From Patescibacteria group bacterium (GTDB taxonomy: Bacteria; Patescibacteriota; Microgenomatia; Levybacterales; UBA12049): 64,000 nt of DNA. This document shows, in pieces, positions 59,612-64,000 of this stretch. The DNA lies in contig BPJB01000001.1 of NCBI GenBank assembly GCA_026004395.1, forward strand, positions 519,343 to 583,342, read 5' to 3'. How positions within the stretch are numbered: position 1 is the first letter of the stretch; each line of letters starts with the position of its first letter. A program made the position numbers and the translations under genes. The notes under the pieces are model-generated. The model searched no databases, was not told where the DNA came from, and saw only the letters and a program-made list of their open reading frames with translations.

Positions 59612-60640
59612 ATGTTTTGGACAGGAGAAACCTTATCTGAGCAGTTCAAAACATTAGAACGTGTAGATACATCATTTCAATTTTTACAAGAACAACTTGT
59701 AAGATTTCAGAGTGAACAAATCAGCATTAAAAATCAAATTGGGTTAACACAAGACTTAATTTTATTTATTTATCAGGCAAAAGAAAATTTACCAAATGTT
59801 ATACCTCTTAATGACAATTATCCATATGAATTTTTCCTTGATAAAAAATTTTATTTATCCAATCAAAATATAAATTTTGGTATTTATCGCTATTTTTTCC
59901 CCAGAACTAAAAGAGGCAGTATTCTATATACAATTGCACCAATGTTGACTCCTGATGGAATTCCTCTACATCATTTTCCAGAATCAAATGAATTTCTAGA
60001 CATAAATTTTAAAATGCATCTTTTAAAATCTCCAGAAAGCATTCAATCTGAGTATCAATATACATACAACCCACAGATTGCAACAATAAGAATCAAAAGC
60101 AGCAGTAAAGCTGATCTATATAATGGTCTTATAATTACTACTATTAATGATAAATCTGGATGGGGCTTAGATAGCTATGACATTCAAAAAATTCTTCAAT
60201 TAACAACAGATCCCAAACTTGAAGATCAAAAAGAAGAAATAAAAACTAAAGTTAATTTTTATACAAAAGAAGTTTTAAAGATAGCTACTTGGAGAGCAAA
60301 CGACATGCTAAGAAGACTTCAGAATATAGTCAGATCTTTGAATAATGTCTCTCTTTCCAAACCTCTTCCAGAAGTAATTGGATATTTTGATGATGAGACA
60401 GGAGCAATGTTTTATTACGCACCGGGAGATGAAAAAGTTGTCGATTCGCGTCAAAAATCTGCTGGGGATATCAAAAATCCTCAAGATGTTGACTCAATTG
60501 TAAATTGGATAGCAACAGCAGATAGTGCAGATCCAATAACAGTTATACATACAGCATTACCTTTTGCTGCAGCTCTTAAAGAACATTATAGAAAATTCTA
60601 TAGACCAACAATTCGATTTCATAATCCCTTTAGAAAATAA
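59612..60640 (+). CDS. Hypothetical protein
   Basis: 342-aa ORF with TATAAT 8 nt before the ATG. Confidence 0.7.
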   Translation: MFWTGETLSEQFKTLERVDTSFQFLQEQLVRFQSEQISIKNQIGLTQDLILFIYQAKENLPNVIPLNDNYPYEFFLDKKFYLSNQNINFGIYRYFFPRTKRGSILYTIAPMLTPDGIPLHHFPESNEFLDINFKMHLLKSPESIQSEYQYTYNPQIATIRIKSSSKADLYNGLIITTINDKSGWGLDSYDIQKILQLTTDPKLEDQKEEIKTKVNFYTKEVLKIATWRANDMLRRLQNIVRSLNNVSLSKPLPEVIGYFDDETGAMFYYAPGDEKVVDSRQKSAGDIKNPQDVDSIVNWIATADSADPITVIHTALPFAAALKEHYRKFYRPTIRFHNPFRK

Positions 60641-60946
60641 CGTTATCTCTAAATTTATCTGAAAATCATTTTCTTATTTTAATTTTCTGAGAACTGGCAA
60701 TAAGTTTTGCGTTGAAAAACAATGTGAAAAAATATTGATATAGTTTGATTATTTTTATCATTATTGACAACAACAAGCTCTTCATTTAGTATCTCATCAA
60801 TGGGTAAAACTCATAAAGAAAACTGCATGTCTTACAGGATGCTTCTGAAAAGTTATAGATCAGGCACAATCCCAAAAAAAATACAATTGATAATATAAAA
60901 TATGTACAACTGCCCATTTTACAGAATTTTTTCTTTTGAAAACACT

Positions 60947-60990
60947 AGCCCCTCATATTCAGTGTTGGAAGGATATGAGGGGCTTTTATT
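60947..60990 (+). terminator. Intrinsic terminator-like hairpin
   Basis: AGCCCCTCATATTC/GGATATGAGGGGCT stem followed by TTTATT. Confidence 0.6.
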
Positions 60991-61143
60991 AGAAAATCAA
61001 GACAATAGAATAGAGGTTTCACCTCTAAAACACGTATTCAAAAATATTTTTTATCACAAATTGAACCCGCTCTCATTCTCTCGGTTGATGGAAGAATAAG
61101 AGCGGGCGGAAATTATCCAATTATGCACTGACCAGGGAAGGAG

Positions 61144-62328
61144 GTGAAAATAATGACAAAATATAAACTACTCGGAGGGATTTCAGTTGCAGCACTTATA
61201 AGCGTCTTTGTTCTTACTCCTGCCCTTGCTGCAACAACAATAGAAGTTTCTCCTCTTAATACAAATGGCTGGTTCTTCCATCAAGAAACCCCAACAGGAA
61301 CAGGTGGATTTGTAAATGGACCCGGAACTCCCCCATTAGGAAGTGGCAGCGCGCAGTTAACTGTTGATAGTAGCGGAGGGATGTCATTATCTCATGGGGG
61401 TTATGCAGGAGTAAAACTAGCTGATATTACAAAATTAGAATATTGGACTTATAAAATTGTTGGAGGCAATTCCCTCGCTCCTAGTCTGCAATTCGACTTT
61501 GATAACGATGTCACAGATGGAGATAATAACTGGAGAGGAAGATTAGTGTATGAACCATATTATACTCATACTGTCAATAGTGGAGTATGGCAGGTGTGGA
61601 ATCCATTAGATAATGCAGCAGGTGGAAATTGGTGGGGTTCATCAAATACTTTGTCAAATCTTGATGAGTTATGCCCTATATCCAATCCATGTACATGGAG
61701 CGAAGTTCTTCAAAATTTCCCATTAGGAGGCATTCGTGAGATAAATGGTCTTATACATTTTAAAGCTGGAGGGTCATGGATAGGAGGATTCAGTGGGAAT
61801 GTTGATGCTTTTGTCATAGGTATCAACAATGTAGATACAATATACAATTTTGAATCTACACCTCCAGAGCCATCTCCAACCCCTACACCAACACCCACAC
61901 CGACTCCTACACCAACAGGATTACCTGTCCCATCAGCATGTTCTGGAATTGATTTCGCTGGGCCTCCAATTATAGGAACAAATGCAAATGATTATATAAA
62001 TGGAACAGACGGTAACGACCTCATCTTTACCCTTGGAGGAAGTGATGTGGCTAATGGAAAGGGTGGTAATGATTGTATTGTCGGAGGAGCTGGAAGTGAC
62101 TTGTTAAAAGGAAATGGTGGAGATGATGTCATACTAGGTGAAGCAGGAAATGATAGTCTTATAGGTGGGGGAGGAAATGACCAACTTTTAGGTGGGGCTG
62201 GAAGTGATACCCTCAAAGGAGAAGGCGGCTCTGATACACTCATTGGAAATGATGGGTCAGACAGCGCAAATGGTGGAGGAGGGGCAGATACTTGTGATGC
62301 AGAATCAGAGACAAATTGTGAAATCTAA
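61144..62328 (+). CDS. Secreted protein with Pro/Thr linker and RTX-type Ca-binding repeats
   Basis: Signal peptide, (PT)n linker, many GGxGxD nonapeptides. Confidence 0.85.
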   Translation: MKIMTKYKLLGGISVAALISVFVLTPALAATTIEVSPLNTNGWFFHQETPTGTGGFVNGPGTPPLGSGSAQLTVDSSGGMSLSHGGYAGVKLADITKLEYWTYKIVGGNSLAPSLQFDFDNDVTDGDNNWRGRLVYEPYYTHTVNSGVWQVWNPLDNAAGGNWWGSSNTLSNLDELCPISNPCTWSEVLQNFPLGGIREINGLIHFKAGGSWIGGFSGNVDAFVIGINNVDTIYNFESTPPEPSPTPTPTPTPTPTPTGLPVPSACSGIDFAGPPIIGTNANDYINGTDGNDLIFTLGGSDVANGKGGNDCIVGGAGSDLLKGNGGDDVILGEAGNDSLIGGGGNDQLLGGAGSDTLKGEGGSDTLIGNDGSDSANGGGGADTCDAESETNCEI

Positions 62329-62391
62329 ACTGCGGCATGAGTCGTAGCTCTCATGAAGAAAAAATCTATTTTTGAAAGGAGGTGAGAAAGA

Positions 62392-62997
62392 ATGAACAAT
62401 CTTAAAGTAAAGCTAGCAACAGGAGTGGCAACAGCAGCTCTTTTAGCAACAACAGTTGCACCAGTTGCATTTGCTAGTACTAATACTATAAGTGGGAACG
62501 GTGCGGGTTCGACCAATAAAATCAAAATCAAGAATATAAATAGAACTACAGTAAACCAATCCAATGCAACAGCTGTTATCAACCTTACTGGTGTTTTACA
62601 AAACACTGGCAGTAACACAGCAAATAATAATACTGGCAATGGTAATATCACAGTGAAGAGTGGCAATGCGAACTCTACTGTGACTAATACCACAACAAAT
62701 GGTAGTAATACTGCAACTGTTAATCTTTGTGGTTGCCCAACAGAGGATACAACTAACGAAATCAAGAACAACGGAGCAGAATCAGAGAATAAGATCAGAA
62801 TCAAGAATGTAAATAATTCACATGTCGAACAGATTAATGAAACCCTTGTTGTTAATGGTACACTTGTAGCTCAAAACACTGGCAGCAATCATGCCAACAA
62901 CAACACAGGCGATGGAGATGTCACTGTAGATAGCGGCAACACTACAGCTAACGTGACAAATAATACTACCACTGGTAGCAACTTCCTGAATCCATAA
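62392..62997 (+). CDS. Secreted Asn/Thr/Gly-rich repeat protein
   Basis: Signal peptide (VAFA), two about 85-aa repeats with NGAxSxNKI and QNTGSNxANNNTG; SD AAGGAGGTGA. Confidence 0.85.
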   Translation: MNNLKVKLATGVATAALLATTVAPVAFASTNTISGNGAGSTNKIKIKNINRTTVNQSNATAVINLTGVLQNTGSNTANNNTGNGNITVKSGNANSTVTNTTTNGSNTATVNLCGCPTEDTTNEIKNNGAESENKIRIKNVNNSHVEQINETLVVNGTLVAQNTGSNHANNNTGDGDVTVDSGNTTANVTNNTTTGSNFLNP

Positions 62998-63024
62998 CAG
63001 ATCTAAAGAATCTGTATGGAAAGC

Positions 63025-63065
63025 AACCCTGCGAGGAGAGCGTACGACTCCTCAGCAGGGTTTTT
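63025..63065 (+). terminator. Intrinsic terminator
   Basis: AACCCTGC-GAGGAG...CTCCTC-a-GCAGGGTT followed by T-run. Confidence 0.75.
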
Positions 63066-63195
63066 GCTGGAAGGATTGAATAATATTTTAATCATCCTTT
63101 TAGGCTTAAGAAATATTAATAATCGTAGAATATTGTTCAAAAATTTTTTCTTACTAAAAGTTTACTAAATCACAGTAATATGCTAAAGTAGTGGT

Positions 63196-63648
63196 ATGTG
63201 GATGCGTAACACAATTTGTATATTGATTATTGTACTTGCTGGCTTGGCTATGACACAACGTATCTACGCTAGCACGAGTGTAAAAATAAATAACTCTATT
63301 AATTCCAATACTTCATCCCAAACAAAATCATCAACTGAGACAAACGTCCGAATTGAAACTAACGGAGAAGTAAAAACATTCCATGCTACAGACAATGAAT
63401 CTGTAAATTATCAATCGGAGGATGGATCAATTAAGGTAAACATTAACAATAACAATGCTTCTAGCGCAACAAAAATTAACCCAGATGACTCAAATGTAGC
63501 TTTACCACAACAAGATGAATCAACTCCAAATAACAAAAAATCTGATGATGTAACTGATAATCAAATTAAGGGAAAACAAGACCAACTTACAAATGAAAAT
63601 TTTGATATTCTCAAATTTTTAATTCATCTGTTCTCACTCTTAATCTAA
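63196..63648 (+). CDS. Hypothetical secreted Asn/Ser-rich protein
   Basis: Signal peptide, low-complexity body, amphipathic C-terminus. Confidence 0.7.
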   Translation: MWMRNTICILIIVLAGLAMTQRIYASTSVKINNSINSNTSSQTKSSTETNVRIETNGEVKTFHATDNESVNYQSEDGSIKVNINNNNASSATKINPDDSNVALPQQDESTPNNKKSDDVTDNQIKGKQDQLTNENFDILKFLIHLFSLLI

Positions 63649-63803
63649 ATTTGATTATTTGATTCGAGCTTGATTGTCCCAATAAAAATACCCTCCCAAT
63701 TAGTACAGCAGATTTCAAAAATTTAGATTGCTTCACTGCACAAATAAAAAAAACTCTTGACAATTTTGTTAAAGTACCTCATCATAATTAATAAGAAGTA
63801 ATT

Positions 63804-63959
63804 ATGGCAACGAAAAAATCTCTTCCACTACATAAGAGAGGTTATCATAAAAAATTGGAAGAGCCAGTACATAATCTAGTAGGTTATATTGTTCTCTTCG
63901 CTTTAGCTCTTGTGGTACTTGTTCTAGTTTATAGTCTGCAGTGGTTTATTGTTCAGTAG
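63804..63959 (+). CDS. Small single-TM protein (51 aa, below ORF-track cutoff)
   Basis: MATKKSLPLHKRGYHKKLEEPVHNLVGYIVLFALALVVLVLVYSLQWFIVQ. Confidence 0.5.
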   Translation: MATKKSLPLHKRGYHKKLEEPVHNLVGYIVLFALALVVLVLVYSLQWFIVQ

Positions 63960-64000
63960 CTCTTCTTGCAAAAACAAGAAGCCTCTTAAGTGATGTACCT

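Noticed and set aside
61860-62300. Short periodic repeats suggesting a CRISPR array or VNTR
   Set aside because: They are coding PT-linker and GGxGxD repeats. No CRISPR array or cas gene was seen in the window.
62325-62804. Antisense ORFs over real genes (also 1720-2094, 24199-24663, 35455-35874, 40070-40407 and others)
   Set aside because: Opposite-strand or alternate-frame shadows of well-supported genes or tRNAs.

Overview
AT-rich bacterial chromosome segment, genetic code 11. Gene content and style suggest a Patescibacteria/CPR, Microgenomates-like genome (inference only). Housekeeping genes (uvrA, uvrC, secG, yvcK-like, rnhB, htpX, lexA-dinB, D-Ala-D-Ala carboxypeptidase, uppP, RND pump) and seven minus-strand tRNAs surround three accessory regions. 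(1) A partly decayed copper/metal cluster at 18.1-25.5 kb. It has a BlaI/BlaR1-like pair and a repeated TACTACA-N3-TGTAGTA palindrome. (2) A type III restriction remnant beside tRNA-Lys. (3) The main finding, a 7.76-kb element (43841-51604) integrated at the 3' end of tRNA-Pro through a 6-bp core. It encodes only a large serine recombinase plus a defence cargo (controller, two MTases, DpnII-family REase, OLD-family nuclease). It carries an internal, inverted, intact 487-bp copy of its own excision junction (attP). That copy is packed with DNA-type mini-hairpins, its pairing extends into a branched junction, and G-quadruplex-like motifs sit at the cargo borders. A single strand of the excised circle would fold into a dumbbell with a duplex attP. 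All product calls come from motif recognition by eye; no database search was run.
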